A stretch of DNA of 34,193 bases from an uncultured Oscillospiraceae bacterium (GCA_963616835.1 CAVEMP010000209.1:1-34193), one strand, 5' to 3'; shown: positions 22,301 to 27,898, numbered from the stretch's first letter. Program-made: numbers and translations. Notes: generated by a model not told the origin, from the letters alone.

Positions 22301-22583
22301 CGAGGGCAACACCGAGTACTGGTACTGCCCGGCCTGCGGCAGGCTCTTCTCCGACGCCGCCGGCCAGCACGAGGTCTCCCGGGCCGACACCGTGATCGCC
22401 AGGAAGCCCGCCGAGCCCGAGGGCGATAAGGCCGACCCGGCCGGGGCCGCCAAGTCCCCCGCCAAGGCCGGCTCCCCCGAGACCGGCGACGCCGCGGCGC
22501 CCCTCGCCCTGCCCGCCCTCCTGGGCACCGCGACCGTGGCGGCCGCGCTCGTCTCCGCAAGGAAGAAGAGACGCGACGAGTAA
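7302..22583 (+). CDS. Giant (~5,093 aa) cell-wall-anchored surface protein/adhesin: signal peptide, six beta-helix modules, YDG/MBG/Ig-like stalk, Cys/His-rich region, sortase-like anchor
   Basis: Uninterrupted ORF; ATG 7302 after GGGGGA RBS; signal peptide MKKRLLSILLTLCMVTQLVPTPALA; GGxITGNxA..GGGVYNxG repeats; many KxYDG repeats; C-terminal SPETG + hydrophobic helix + RKKRRDE. Adhesin function is inferred from architecture. Confidence 0.92.
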   Translation: MKKRLLSILLTLCMVTQLVPTPALAAQVEAASNALASLEGDAAAISTVSEIDDGDSQPALISNELTHSHHICGKDACDNGSHSAINWTGISSLDQITTMGNYYLMSDVTLNDTWTCQFDVNLCLNGYSIYGANNKEVIKVSSGKLTITDCQESVGKISHKDSNTGRGILVDGGALDFWNGCISGNSVTGEKNTDENSDGAGVTISFGTFNMYGGTIAQNTASFFGGGVSNRGRGTFNLYGGTIANNSAKYYAGVDNDGTFVMFGGSITGNSAPNSYGGGVGNHHIFNMSGGSITNNSASIGGGVFNESTFSLSDNVTIKGNADDEGSANNVFLSGAKIVVANGMSDDASVGITTWNPDGSPVVVTGTTDTKGFFSDNTKYMLTADDSSEGLKLVEIPHEHKVCGETGCTEHEGTELTWKKWTSADSLPTEPGDYFLTTDVTLRSKWECNGTINLCLNGKTITGPNGYDAILVNDGATLTITDCNSGGQVGKITHAENATGRGINVASGGTLTLWNGNITANSAPNNSGGGVVNGGTFNMHGGSITGNSADYDGGGVWNWGVFTMAGGSITGNSANRYSGGVYNTGTFTLSGAVIVEDNTASGKTNNIFLISGYTIGVAENGMGDGASVGISSQNPAGSPVVVTGTADNTGFFSDDADYGLVPAGSDGLKLQTAHKHKICGETNCTDNHGDDLTWRAWCRSGSLPTIAGNYFLTGNVTLASTWECNADVNICLNGYDIIGPDGDVVIEVQDGATLNITDCDASQTTGKITHVSNQMGGGISVVSGGTLILWNGSITGNAASDNAGGVCNLGTFEMRGGSITNNTAAGVAGGIYNSGELKLCGNVNITGNTVNEAPSNVYLSTDTKIDVIETGIADGTSVGIAAECPAHNLVVVSGTRSLKSFSSDNASYKLVADEGNNVLKLAEVHEHKICGNDPCDDGHDSLVWKAISSLDEIDDENDGENNYYLIGNVTLNSTWECKSNVNLCLNGHDIIGPNGNDAIKVNNGASLTITDCRETVGSITHASGQTGRGISVASGGTLIFWNGGVANNLTEDLGGGVYNAGTLEMRGGSIVGNSAQSGAVYNTGVFSVYGGSIACNTVTGNGGGVYNSGELAMTGGSITGNSAQNGAGVYNPEGRTFNMTGGSITGNTAKISAGGVYSNGAFTMSGGSVTENTASQTVGGVYGNGTLALSGNVAINNNKVGDADRNVYLPSGKTITVTGVGMDNGASVGITAEAPEDGLPEDGLLVVTGASATTGFSSDDVGYELLATSEGLSLLKVHRHAVCGETDCEHSGHDENMKWEPWTSTTSLPDQPGNYYLLNNVTLKGTWKTYKNVNLCLNGKTITESYATEVINVCSSLSITDCQEDAGKITHLPENCSARGVEVGWGYVFTLWNGTITGNAATSFGGGGVYNNGAFYMNGGAITGNTAIGGLGGGGVWNKGSFTMSGGSITGNFARSNGGGVYNTGSFAMSGGSITGNTTGYNGAGLYNYGTLNLSGNVTIKDNKVGDAANNVFLVHDRKITVAETGMGEKASVGITAENPDDSPVVVSGTAKTENFSCDYNDCELVPSGDSALILSRVHKHNVCGASGCDDTDHNELTWTAWTSTNALPSEPGNYYLIGDVTLSETWDCSNNVNLCLNGKTIYGPNGYDTIKVNGNASLAITDCHSDEALGKITHNSDETGSGIFVDENSTLTLWNGNITNNSSANFGGGVYNAGTFKMVGGIIKNNSANDVGGGVYNRNTFTMIGGSIANNSALVGGGGIGSDGTLTMSGMVIVKDNTVNNRANNVYLSTSKKLNVVERGMADDASVGITSENPGNGDTVVTGSTDTTVFSSDDANFELVTDGNGQLKLAVKTAAISGVKLLVSDGGEELSGDETAKSKVYDGAAVAYDAAGVALDPSTLTDVELSYTWQVKDGGIYTDISNNAAPSDAGSYRLLVTAKRGDVNLGTLELPFTIVAKSLTVNATAEDKTYDGGTAATLKSAELDGVLDADKGAVSLDSSKVAVAFEDKNAGDSKAVTATVAEGALFGDKAGNYAVATATAANAKIGRRPLTVSVTAKDKTYDGNATATVGASMDATGVVGGDAVALDATGVTAAFSSKDAGEDKPVTLTGEYTLCGSAAGNYVLTQPTGLKASIAQREVTVGGLSAAKSYDGDATAEKAEIAGTAALGNTVAGDDVSLDTEGMAGTFDSANAGEATIVTLTGLSLAGADKGNYRLPETVTCEGTITKAAGSGEVKLDGWTYGDEANGPVPSSSTNGAANVTYQYKAKGAEDESYTADKPIAAGDYTVRATFPATANYTEATATADFTVSRRVLTATITAKDKTYDGTDAAEVTRVELTGVLDGESVTATASGARFASANAGDGQDVTADVALDDPAGAAKNYSVAATATAKACIAPKTLTVTAAVSDKAYDGGTAATVTGVELSGKVAGDAVSLNRDNMAAAFEDAGAGENKTVTVTGLALDNNDDNNYKLPDSITATANITKAAGSGEVKLDGWTYGEAAKSPRPTSSTNGAYKVTYLYKVKGAGDETYSDSVPTAAGTYTVKATFAETANYKAVNATADFAIAKKQLTIAGATVAEKTYDGMADANVTAVNFDGLVGSDALAIDTDYIVTGAVFDSADADKASKVDFSVALKDTGTAKNYTLASAKASQQANIKKATIEGSLSFTDNGKRGQENTCDVPAGYVVDGGQVTVSVDKDENGILDGTPAYADGKLSYKLRAGAAEGQTATVRLAVSSGNYDNYAIAAILGVTAREQVKIDVAGGDYTYNGAAQAPTDIKVQGEKVAASDLVKTYVGTGVTKYGPSAQAPAAAGSYSVTVSVAETNLEYTGSGGCEFQISPKALTITAAAKGKAYDGNATATVDASLDAAGVVGGDAVTLDATGVTAAFDNKDAGQNKPVALTGEYKLGGAAAGNYVLTQPTGLKASIAQREVTVGGLSAAKSYDGDATAEKAEIAGTAALGNTVAGDDVSLDTDNMRGAFNGKDAGDNKTVTLSGLSLTGADKGNYRLPGNVTCEGEISRRAVTLASEDHEFTYNGQAQRWERAGVAAGSFADGEGVASYSFSGSATNAGDSVDNAFAYELKDGTSADNYEIATTYGKLTVAKAGTMTVSGTGYAGVYDGAEHGPAAQVNVTEGTKVEYSVDGGAWSETAPAVRDVADVTVRVRATNPNYEAAEATYALKVTRRPVTFTGNSGARTYNGSEQSVSGFTANDGEGAGLVAGHEATLEASASRMLPGTTAGAITAAKDVVIRDAQGDDVTGDYDITTNPGAITIERVAGTVTIEAASASKTYDGAPLADGGFTYTEGVLVEGDVLTAVVEGSATDVGDAGVNAVTSHKVTRGDTDVTCAYTFGESVDGKLTVTAQSIVPDGAKPESYKGVTIADPSDVVYNGAEQKRAPEVKGPNGNALVEGTDYTVAYSGDTTNVGTVTVTIQGIGNYIGTSTKTYKITPAPLAVGTPSASKVYDGSPLTADATADSISGLVNNETAAVVANGSRTDAGSSENGYVIEWGTAKSTNYTIQSESLGTLTVTAKSIVPDSEGKGGMTANDPSDVAYDGQEHKWVPVVKDGEKVLVEGTDYEVSYNNRADFTNVDGAITVTITGKGNYSGGLDRTYRIGKARLSVVTESGSKSYDGQALTADGAIGGFVNGESAAFKVTGSQTTVGSSTNTYEIDWAGATARQGNYEISEQLGTLSVTESANEVVVTTTGGTWTYDGQPHGATVAVTNLPAGYTAQATSSAAATDANGDGIAATADNLVIRNTEGLDVTNDLKVTKVDGAIKIEPAEISVETFSAKKGYDGPALTAGGKVSGLVGGEAATLVATGSQTVVGKSDNTYRIEWNDNAKESNYTIASENIGTLEVTANTAAIYVVPTGATKVYDGTALEGKDSTAMVMGVPNGFTSSYALKGSQTDKGQSYVEVDTFKIFNAAGDDVTSNFSGINTEFKGSLNVTARPVALTSASASKVYDGTELTAHAATASEPAKDTGMVAGQAFDLEFFGSQTAEGSSGNTFVAKSSPTADVNNYSITYTNGTLAVGKQAITPGTDPENPDPAYKGIEIGDPKNVVYDASEHKWSPEVTGKDGSKLVEGTDYEVSYSTADFTNATGTITVTITGKGNYTGTVTKAYEITKADGAGEVKLAGWTYGDEANGPVPSSDTNGTDEVTYQYKVKGADDGSYSDAVPSAAGEYTVRATFAATANYEAADATADFTIKKRALTVKGLAVADKAYDGTTAAAIDGTPGLDAAVEGDDVSLACGEPTFSSASAGENITVNFTAFSLAGDDAGNYTLIQPSGVTGTISPATLIVTGADVAPKTYDGAADATVTAVTFTGLVGGESLALGADYTVFGAKYDGANATGEGAATKATFSVALADTVLAKNYALAGAAGEQAATIDKATVSYPQTTGYGLRGSCNACVVPAEYVVSGGAVTVGGVDDASGILDGAPAYADGKLSYRFTAAATDGQEATVTLKVTSANYEDYALEVILGVTPKKGVQVKIADAGATYTYSGSAQAPSGVSVEGNAVQVGDLVVTYAGTDGTAYAPSAQAPTAAGSYVMTAAVAGDDPEFYGSATCGFRIAKKPVAVKGLSVADKLYDGTTAAAIAGAPSVDGAVEGDDVALVNGSPTFTSAKVGEKVAVTFTDFSLSGEDAANYELAQPTGVSASILAYDAKGSEYSATTGEWTNEDFTVTAAEGWKVALSDSADADWRDGLTCPEEGVGSLTFYVRNDAQGHISTAVTLGHKIDKTAPTGKVEVGKDAWDEFLETVTFGLYRNEKQTVTLTGADALSGVEKVEYLVTDKDLSVEQLADEEFAAYDGPFDIEPDASVIVYARITDKAGNVTYLRSDGVVLDATAPVVAGAEDGRTYCGPVELTVTDANLASVTLNGEPAGEAAALGADAAAGVTLTVGPAAGEQVVTATDKAGNATTLTLTVNDGHTWGDWSSNGDGTHSRACRFDAAHTQTADCHGGKATCSARAVCDDCGGEHGDLDESNHADLVHVEAREATVETEGNTEYWYCPACGRLFSDAAGQHEVSRADTVIARKPAEPEGDKADPAGAAKSPAKAGSPETGDAAAPLALPALLGTATVAAALVSARKKRRDE
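7500..12860 (+). repeat. Six tandem His/Cys-capped right-handed beta-helix-like modules within the giant gene
   Basis: HxHxxCG starts at 7500, 8493, 9321, 10074, 11133 and 12036. Each is followed by variants of NYYL..xVTL..W, NLCLNG, ITDC..GKITH, WNG, GG(S)ITGN rungs, NVYL/NVFL and SVGIT..P. Confidence 0.9.
13656..13846 (+). repeat. 191-bp exact direct repeat, copy 1 (copy 2 at 16032-16222)
   Basis: Base-by-base identity from gccgcgggcaactacgtcctg to gtgtcgctcgacaccga; offset 2376 nt, in frame. Confidence 0.92.
16032..16222 (+). repeat. 191-bp exact direct repeat, copy 2
   Basis: Identical to 13656-13846; flanks continue with high but imperfect similarity. Confidence 0.92.
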
Positions 22584-22607
22584 CCGGAGCCCGCATCCCG
22601 ACCCTCC

Positions 22608-22640
22608 AAGACGGCTGCCACCCCGGCAGCCGTCTTTTTT
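22608..22640 (+). terminator. Intrinsic terminator of the giant surface-protein gene
   Basis: AAGACGGCTGCC-acccc-GGCAGCCGTCTT followed by TTTT, ~25 nt after the stop. Confidence 0.9.
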
Positions 22641-22654
22641 GTGGGCCCACTAGG

Positions 22655-22739
22655 GCCGATTAGTGTACATAAATTCAAAAACAGCCACTGACAAGGCATT
22701 GATTTCTAGCATTTTGGCAATTCATGTACACTAACTGGC
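22655..22739. repeat. AT-rich ~85-bp palindromic element with 21-bp imperfect terminal inverted repeats (MITE/REP-like)
   Basis: GCCGATTAGTGTACATAAATT (22655-22675) versus AATTCATGTACACTAACTGGC (22719-22739): 18/21 complementary, including perfect TTAGTGTACAT/ATGTACACTAA. Sits between two terminators. Confidence 0.65.
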
Positions 22740-22753
22740 TTCGCCTTCGCCAC

Positions 22754-22787
22754 AAAAAGGCCGTGGACCCAAATCGGATCCACGGCC
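22754..22787 (-). terminator. Intrinsic terminator of the thrC-thrB transcript
   Basis: Minus strand reads GGCCGTGGATCC-gattt-GGGTCCACGGCC-TTTTT (one G-U pair), ~35 nt after the thrB stop. Confidence 0.88.
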
Positions 22788-22820
22788 AAGACGCAATTGC
22801 TCACTGTCAAACGGCGCTAT

Positions 22821-23729
22821 TTAGCTGATTAGCTCAACCGTCGTACCCAGCGAGTTTGCCGTAAGCGTCTGCAACCAAAAGTTGGGGCACGTGGCAGACA
22901 AAGCCTCGTGAACCTGGGCAGCCTTCTCGTCCCCGTCGGCAATCGCCAACATGGTGGAGCCAGACCCAGAGATAAGAAACGCAGCAGCCCCGGCCCTCAG
23001 GGCTGCCTCGCGCAAGGGCTCGTAATCGGCGATTAGCTTGGAGCGGTACGGCTCGTGCAGCTTGTCGTGGCTGGCCTTGGCGAGAAGATCGGCGTCGCCG
23101 GTCTCCAAGGCGCGCACCACGGCCACGCAGCGGCCCATTTGCCAGACGGCCGTGGCCAGCGAGACCTCGGTGGGAAGCACGCGTCGGGCGTCGGCCGTGC
23201 GCACCTCGTACGGCGGCGCGATGGCAATAAAACGCAGGTTGTCGGCGATGCTCATGGCGGTCGAGGTCGTCTGGTCGCTCTCGATGAACGAGCTTACCAG
23301 CCCGCCCATGATGGCCGGTGCCACGTTGTCGGGGTGGCCCTCGATCATGGTCGCCAGCTCAAGGCACTCCTCGCGCGAATAACCCGCAGGCGAGAGGGCC
23401 TGTGCGGCCGCAACACCCGCGATGACGCAGGCAGAGCTGGACCCCAGGCCGCCCGAGAGCGGGATGGGGGAGAGGATCGTGATGTGCAGCGGCTGGGCCT
23501 CAAGCCCCAGGCGCTCGCAGGCCTGCAGGTAGCTCTGCCACACCAGGTTATCCTCGCCGCGGAAGCGCTCCTCGCAGCCCTCGATCTTAAGCTCGCTGGC
23601 GGGCGTCATCAAAAACGTGGCCGTCAGGGACAGCGCGATGCCCAGGCAGTCAAAACCCACGCCCACGTTTGCCGAGGTAGCGGGCACACGGACGATAGCC
23701 ATGGGCTTGTCGTTTGCCATTCCCGTCAT
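22821..23729 (-). CDS. thrB: Homoserine kinase
   Basis: VRVPATSANVGVGFDCLGIAL, GHMP motif PLSGGLGSSSA, EGHPDNVAPA, ISGSGST. Start ATG 23729 overlaps the thrC stop (TAATG). Confidence 0.96.
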   Translation of the reverse strand: MTGMANDKPMAIVRVPATSANVGVGFDCLGIALSLTATFLMTPASELKIEGCEERFRGEDNLVWQSYLQACERLGLEAQPLHITILSPIPLSGGLGSSSACVIAGVAAAQALSPAGYSREECLELATMIEGHPDNVAPAIMGGLVSSFIESDQTTSTAMSIADNLRFIAIAPPYEVRTADARRVLPTEVSLATAVWQMGRCVAVVRALETGDADLLAKASHDKLHEPYRSKLIADYEPLREAALRAGAAAFLISGSGSTMLAIADGDEKAAQVHEALSATCPNFWLQTLTANSLGTTVELIS

Positions 23730-25213
23730 TACAAAAACACCCTTGCGCACGAGCCCTCGACAAAGGCGCCCATCTTTTGGCGGTCACAGACGTCCTCGTG
23801 AAGCACGGTGCCCGCTCGAAGTCCCGAGAGCTGCTCGGGGGCCTCGGTCTTGGTGATGTGGGCAAGCGCGTCCATGCAGGCAAAGTCGTTCATGCCGCAG
23901 GTATCGGTGCCCAGCGAGGCCAAAACGTCAGACGAGAACTTGTAGGGGCTCGCGGTGGAAAGGCACACGCGGGCGCTGTCGTCGGCGGGCAGCTCGTCCA
24001 GCACGCACTTGGCCACGGCAGTGTGGGTGTCGATCAAGACGCCCAGGTTCTCCCAGGTCTCGCGGATCTTGGTCTCGGTGGCCTCGTCGTCGGCGCGGCC
24101 GCAGGCAAAGGTCTCCTGGATCTTGGCCAGAACCTCTGCGGGCACGGTGTAAGAGCCCTTCTCGGCAAGGTCAGACATCAAAGACGCAACCAGCTCGCAG
24201 TCGCCGCCGGACACGTAGTAAAGCAGGCGCTCGAGGTTGGACGAGACCAGGATGTCCATCGAGGGGCTGATCGTCTTGTTGAAGGGGCGCAGGCGGTTGT
24301 AGGTGCCGGTGGTGATGAAGTCGCACAAGACGTCGTTGGAGTTGGAAGCCACGACCAGGCGGCGCACGGGCAGGCCGAGCATCTTGGCGTAGTAGCCGGC
24401 CAAAACGTCGCCAAAGTTGCCGGTGGGCACGCAGAAGGTGACTTCGTCGCCCAGGGTAATGGCGCCCGCGCGCACAAGCTGCGCGTAGCTGTCAAAGTAG
24501 TAAGTGACCTGCGGGGCCAGGCGACCGACGTTGATGGAGTTGGCACTGGACAACACGACGTTCTTCTCGGCGAGACGGGCCTTAAGCTCGGCGTCGGCAA
24601 AGATGGACTTGACCTCGGACTGGCAATCGTCAAAGTTGCCGCGCACGGCGCACACGGCCACGTTGGTGCCAACCTGGGTCACCATCTGAAGGCGCTGCAC
24701 GTCAGAGACCTTGCCGTCGGGGTAGAAGACGGTGACGCCGGTGTGGGGCACGCCCGCAAAGCCGTCAAGCGCCGCCTTGCCGGTGTCGCCCGAGGTGGCG
24801 GTCACGATCATGATGTCGCGGCCGTCGCCCGCGCGCGCCACGCTCATGAGCTGGGGCAGCATCTGCAGGGCCACGTCCTTAAAGGCGCAGGTGGGGCCGT
24901 GGTAGAGCTCAAGCAGCCAGTCGTTGCCCAGGGGCGTGACAGGGCAGACCTCGGGCGAGTCCCACTGCTTGCCGTAGGCGGCCTCGACGCAGGCAGAGAT
25001 CTCGTCTGCGGTGTAATCGGGAAGCAGGGTGCCCAAGACCAGCTTGGCATTGTCAAGGAAGCCTTGCGAGCAGACCTTCGCGAGGTCGATGCTCTTTTCC
25101 GCGATCCAATCGGCCACAAAAAGGCCCCCGTCGGGAGCGATTCCGGTGAGAATTGCTTGCTTACTTGTTACGGATTCGAGAGAGCTGCGCGTGCTGTGGT
25201 AGAACATGGTCAC
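23729..25213 (-). CDS. thrC: Threonine synthase
   Basis: YHSTR, GIAPDGGLF, LELYHGPTCAFKD (PLP lysine), ATSGDTGKAA, SANSINVGRL, VPTGNFGD, SPSMDILVSSNLER, STASPYKF; RBS AAGGAG upstream. Confidence 0.97.
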   Translation of the reverse strand: MTMFYHSTRSSLESVTSKQAILTGIAPDGGLFVADWIAEKSIDLAKVCSQGFLDNAKLVLGTLLPDYTADEISACVEAAYGKQWDSPEVCPVTPLGNDWLLELYHGPTCAFKDVALQMLPQLMSVARAGDGRDIMIVTATSGDTGKAALDGFAGVPHTGVTVFYPDGKVSDVQRLQMVTQVGTNVAVCAVRGNFDDCQSEVKSIFADAELKARLAEKNVVLSSANSINVGRLAPQVTYYFDSYAQLVRAGAITLGDEVTFCVPTGNFGDVLAGYYAKMLGLPVRRLVVASNSNDVLCDFITTGTYNRLRPFNKTISPSMDILVSSNLERLLYYVSGGDCELVASLMSDLAEKGSYTVPAEVLAKIQETFACGRADDEATETKIRETWENLGVLIDTHTAVAKCVLDELPADDSARVCLSTASPYKFSSDVLASLGTDTCGMNDFACMDALAHITKTEAPEQLSGLRAGTVLHEDVCDRQKMGAFVEGSCARVFL

Positions 25214-25320
25214 TGCGGACTCCTTGCGTTAGGTGGTCAAATAGCCGTCTTGTGCAAGTATGATACCTGTGGTGTTGTTGTTTGGGTCATAAGGACACAC
25301 ACTCGAAAGATTGGAAGCCC

Positions 25321-26445
25321 ATGAAGATTGCGCTCCTCGGTTACGGTACGGTGGGTCGCGGCGTCGTCAAGATCATTGACGAGCGCGTCGACTCTGTGGA
25401 GGTGGCTCGTATCCTCGAGCTGCCCGACCGCATCTGCGAGCCACGCATGACGTCGAGTTACGACGACATTTTGAACGACGAGAAGATCGAGCTGGTCGTT
25501 GAATGCATGGGCGGCCTTGAGCCTGCGCACACTTATATTATGTCGGCGCTCACGGCCGGCAAGCATGTCGTCACCTCCAACAAGGCCGTCGTGGCCGAGT
25601 ACTTTGCCGAGTTCGCCGCGGCCGCGCTTGAGAACAGCGTGAGCCTCTTCATCGAGGCCTCCGTGGGCGGCGGCATCCCCTGGATCGCCGGTCTTGAGAA
25701 GGCCCGCCGCATCGACGCCGTCTCTTCTTTTAGCGGCATCATGAACGGCACCACCAACTACATCGTCGACTCGATGCTCAAAGAGGGCGCCGAGTTCGCT
25801 GACGTCCTGGCAAAGGCCCAGGAGCTTGGCTACGCCGAGCGCGACCCTTCGGCCGATATCGACGGCATCGACGTCAAGAACAAGACCATAATCACGGCCT
25901 CTGTTGCCTTTGACGTGGCGTGCACCCACGACCTGCCCGTCTCTGGCATCCGCAACCTCACCAAGGCCGACCTCGACCTCTTTGGCGAGAAAGGCCTCAC
26001 GGTCAAGCTCCTTGGCCGAGGTGTCGAGAAGGACGGCCGCTACGCCGTCGCCGTCGAGCCGGTGGCCGTGCCCGTCCACTCTCTTGAGGCCAACGTGCCC
26101 TCCAATTTCAACCTGGTGACGCTCGACGGCGCCACGGTGGGCGAGCTTAAGTTCTACGGCCAGGGCGCGGGCAGCCTTCCCACGGGCAACGCCATCGTCC
26201 AGGACGTCCTTGACTGCGCGACCGGCGCCCGCCGCCCCGTTTACGACTTCTCGCGCGGCATCGAGTACGACCCGGCACTTCTCAGCGCAGACTACGTGCT
26301 GCGAACTACCAGCGCGCCGGCCGGCGCCGAGGCCTATGCACCTGGTGCCTGGCTCGTGCGCGGCATCACGGCGGTCGCCGCAAGGGGGCTTCTCGATAAG
26401 GCCCTTGAGTCCGACCCCACCAGCTTCATGGCAGCACTCGTCTAA
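25321..26445 (+). CDS. hom: Homoserine dehydrogenase
   Basis: MKIALLGYGTVG Rossmann motif, GKHVVTSNK, EASVGGGIP, GIMNGTTNYI, AQELGYAERDPSADIDG, FYGQGAGSLPT. ATG 25321 matches the family N-terminus. Confidence 0.96.
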   Translation: MKIALLGYGTVGRGVVKIIDERVDSVEVARILELPDRICEPRMTSSYDDILNDEKIELVVECMGGLEPAHTYIMSALTAGKHVVTSNKAVVAEYFAEFAAAALENSVSLFIEASVGGGIPWIAGLEKARRIDAVSSFSGIMNGTTNYIVDSMLKEGAEFADVLAKAQELGYAERDPSADIDGIDVKNKTIITASVAFDVACTHDLPVSGIRNLTKADLDLFGEKGLTVKLLGRGVEKDGRYAVAVEPVAVPVHSLEANVPSNFNLVTLDGATVGELKFYGQGAGSLPTGNAIVQDVLDCATGARRPVYDFSRGIEYDPALLSADYVLRTTSAPAGAEAYAPGAWLVRGITAVAARGLLDKALESDPTSFMAALV

Positions 26446-26471
26446 CCATCTAAAGATTTGGAATCCCACTC

Positions 26472-27821
26472 ATGATCAAGATCGCGAAGTTCGGCGGCTC
26501 CTCTGTCGCGAGCGCCGAGCAGTTCAAGAAGGTCAAGGCCATCGTCGAGTCCGACCCCGACCGCCGTTTTGTTGTTGTCTCGGCCTCGGGCAAGCGCTTT
26601 AGTGGAGACAACAAGATTACCGACCTGCTCCTTTTGGTCAACGCCCACATCCAGTACGGCGTCGACTGCACCGCGCTTCTGGGCGACATTCAGCAGCGCT
26701 ACCAGGACATCTGCGACGAGCTTGGCCTCAAGTTCCCCCTGGCCGATAAGTTCGAGTCCTTTATCAAGAACATCAAGAAGCACTCGCCCGAGTACGTCGT
26801 GAGCCGCGGCGAGTGGTTTACCGCCAACCTCATGGCCGAGTACCTGGGCATGCCCTTTGTCGACGCCGCCGACGTCGTGGTCTTCCACCACGACGGCTCC
26901 GTTGACATGGAGCGCACCGCCAGCCGCTTAAAGGACGTCATGGTCCGAAAGGGCTGCTTCGTGCTTCCCGGCTTCTACGGCGCGACGGTCGACGGCCGTA
27001 TCAAGCTCTTCGACCGCGGCGGCGGCGACATCACCGGCGCCATCCTGGCCCGCTGCATCGACGCCAACCTCTACGAGAACTGGACCGACGTCTCGGGCTT
27101 CCTCTCGGCTGACCCTCGTATTGTCGAGAACCCCCGCTCGATTCGCCGCATCACCTTTGACGAGATGCGTGAGCTTTCCTACATGGGTGCCTCGGTCCTG
27201 CAGGAAGAGGCCATCTTCCCGGTGCGCGAGGTCAACATCCCCATCCAGATCAAGAACACCAACCGTCCGCAGGACGAGGGCACGATCATCCGCGAGTCCG
27301 CCGAGGCCGGCGAGGACGAGCACCTGATCACCGGCATCGCCGGCAAGCGCGACTTTGTCTCGGTCCACGTCAAGAAGGCCCACATGTCCGGCGAGGTCGG
27401 CCTGGTTCGCAAGACCCTGGCGATCTTCGAGCGCTACGGTGTCTCGGTCGAGCACATCCCCACGGGCGTCGACTCGTTTGGCGTCGTGGTCAACGGCGCC
27501 GACGTTCGCGACTCGATCTACTCGATCATCTCGGACATCCGTAAAGAGATCCAGCCCGACGACGTCTCGATGGTCGACAAGCTGGCGCTTATCTCGGTCG
27601 TTGGCCGCAACATGTCCAAGCGCAGCGGCACCTCGGGCAAGATCTTTGGCGCCCTGGGCGACGCCGGCGTCAACATCCGCATGATCACGCAGTCCTCGCA
27701 AGAAATCTCGATCATCATGGGCGTCAACAACGAGGACTTCGACCGCGCGATCCAGGTCATCTACGACCGCTTTGTGCGTGATGAGTTCATCCAGGCCTCG
27801 CAGGTCGCCGAGCAGCAGTAA
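26472..27821 (+). CDS. lysC: Aspartate kinase with two C-terminal ACT domains
   Basis: KFGGSSVA, VVVSASGKR, KITDLL, RGGGDITGA, WTDVSGFLSADPRIV, ELSYMGASVL, VNIRMITQ. Confidence 0.95.
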   Translation: MIKIAKFGGSSVASAEQFKKVKAIVESDPDRRFVVVSASGKRFSGDNKITDLLLLVNAHIQYGVDCTALLGDIQQRYQDICDELGLKFPLADKFESFIKNIKKHSPEYVVSRGEWFTANLMAEYLGMPFVDAADVVVFHHDGSVDMERTASRLKDVMVRKGCFVLPGFYGATVDGRIKLFDRGGGDITGAILARCIDANLYENWTDVSGFLSADPRIVENPRSIRRITFDEMRELSYMGASVLQEEAIFPVREVNIPIQIKNTNRPQDEGTIIRESAEAGEDEHLITGIAGKRDFVSVHVKKAHMSGEVGLVRKTLAIFERYGVSVEHIPTGVDSFGVVVNGADVRDSIYSIISDIRKEIQPDDVSMVDKLALISVVGRNMSKRSGTSGKIFGALGDAGVNIRMITQSSQEISIIMGVNNEDFDRAIQVIYDRFVRDEFIQASQVAEQQ

Positions 27822-27898
27822 GGTTCTTCTCGGCTGCGGCTTTTGTATCAAACAGTAAATTAGCTTGGCATCAAGCTTATATCTTTAAGGAGAAACCC

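Noticed and set aside
13065..22370. Very long antisense ORFs (13065-18449, 1794 aa; 18603-22370, 1255 aa)
   Set aside because: They are codon-aligned shadows of the extremely GC3-rich sense gene, which rarely uses TTA/CTA/TCA and so lacks antisense stops. The translations are V/G/R/A-rich with no motifs.
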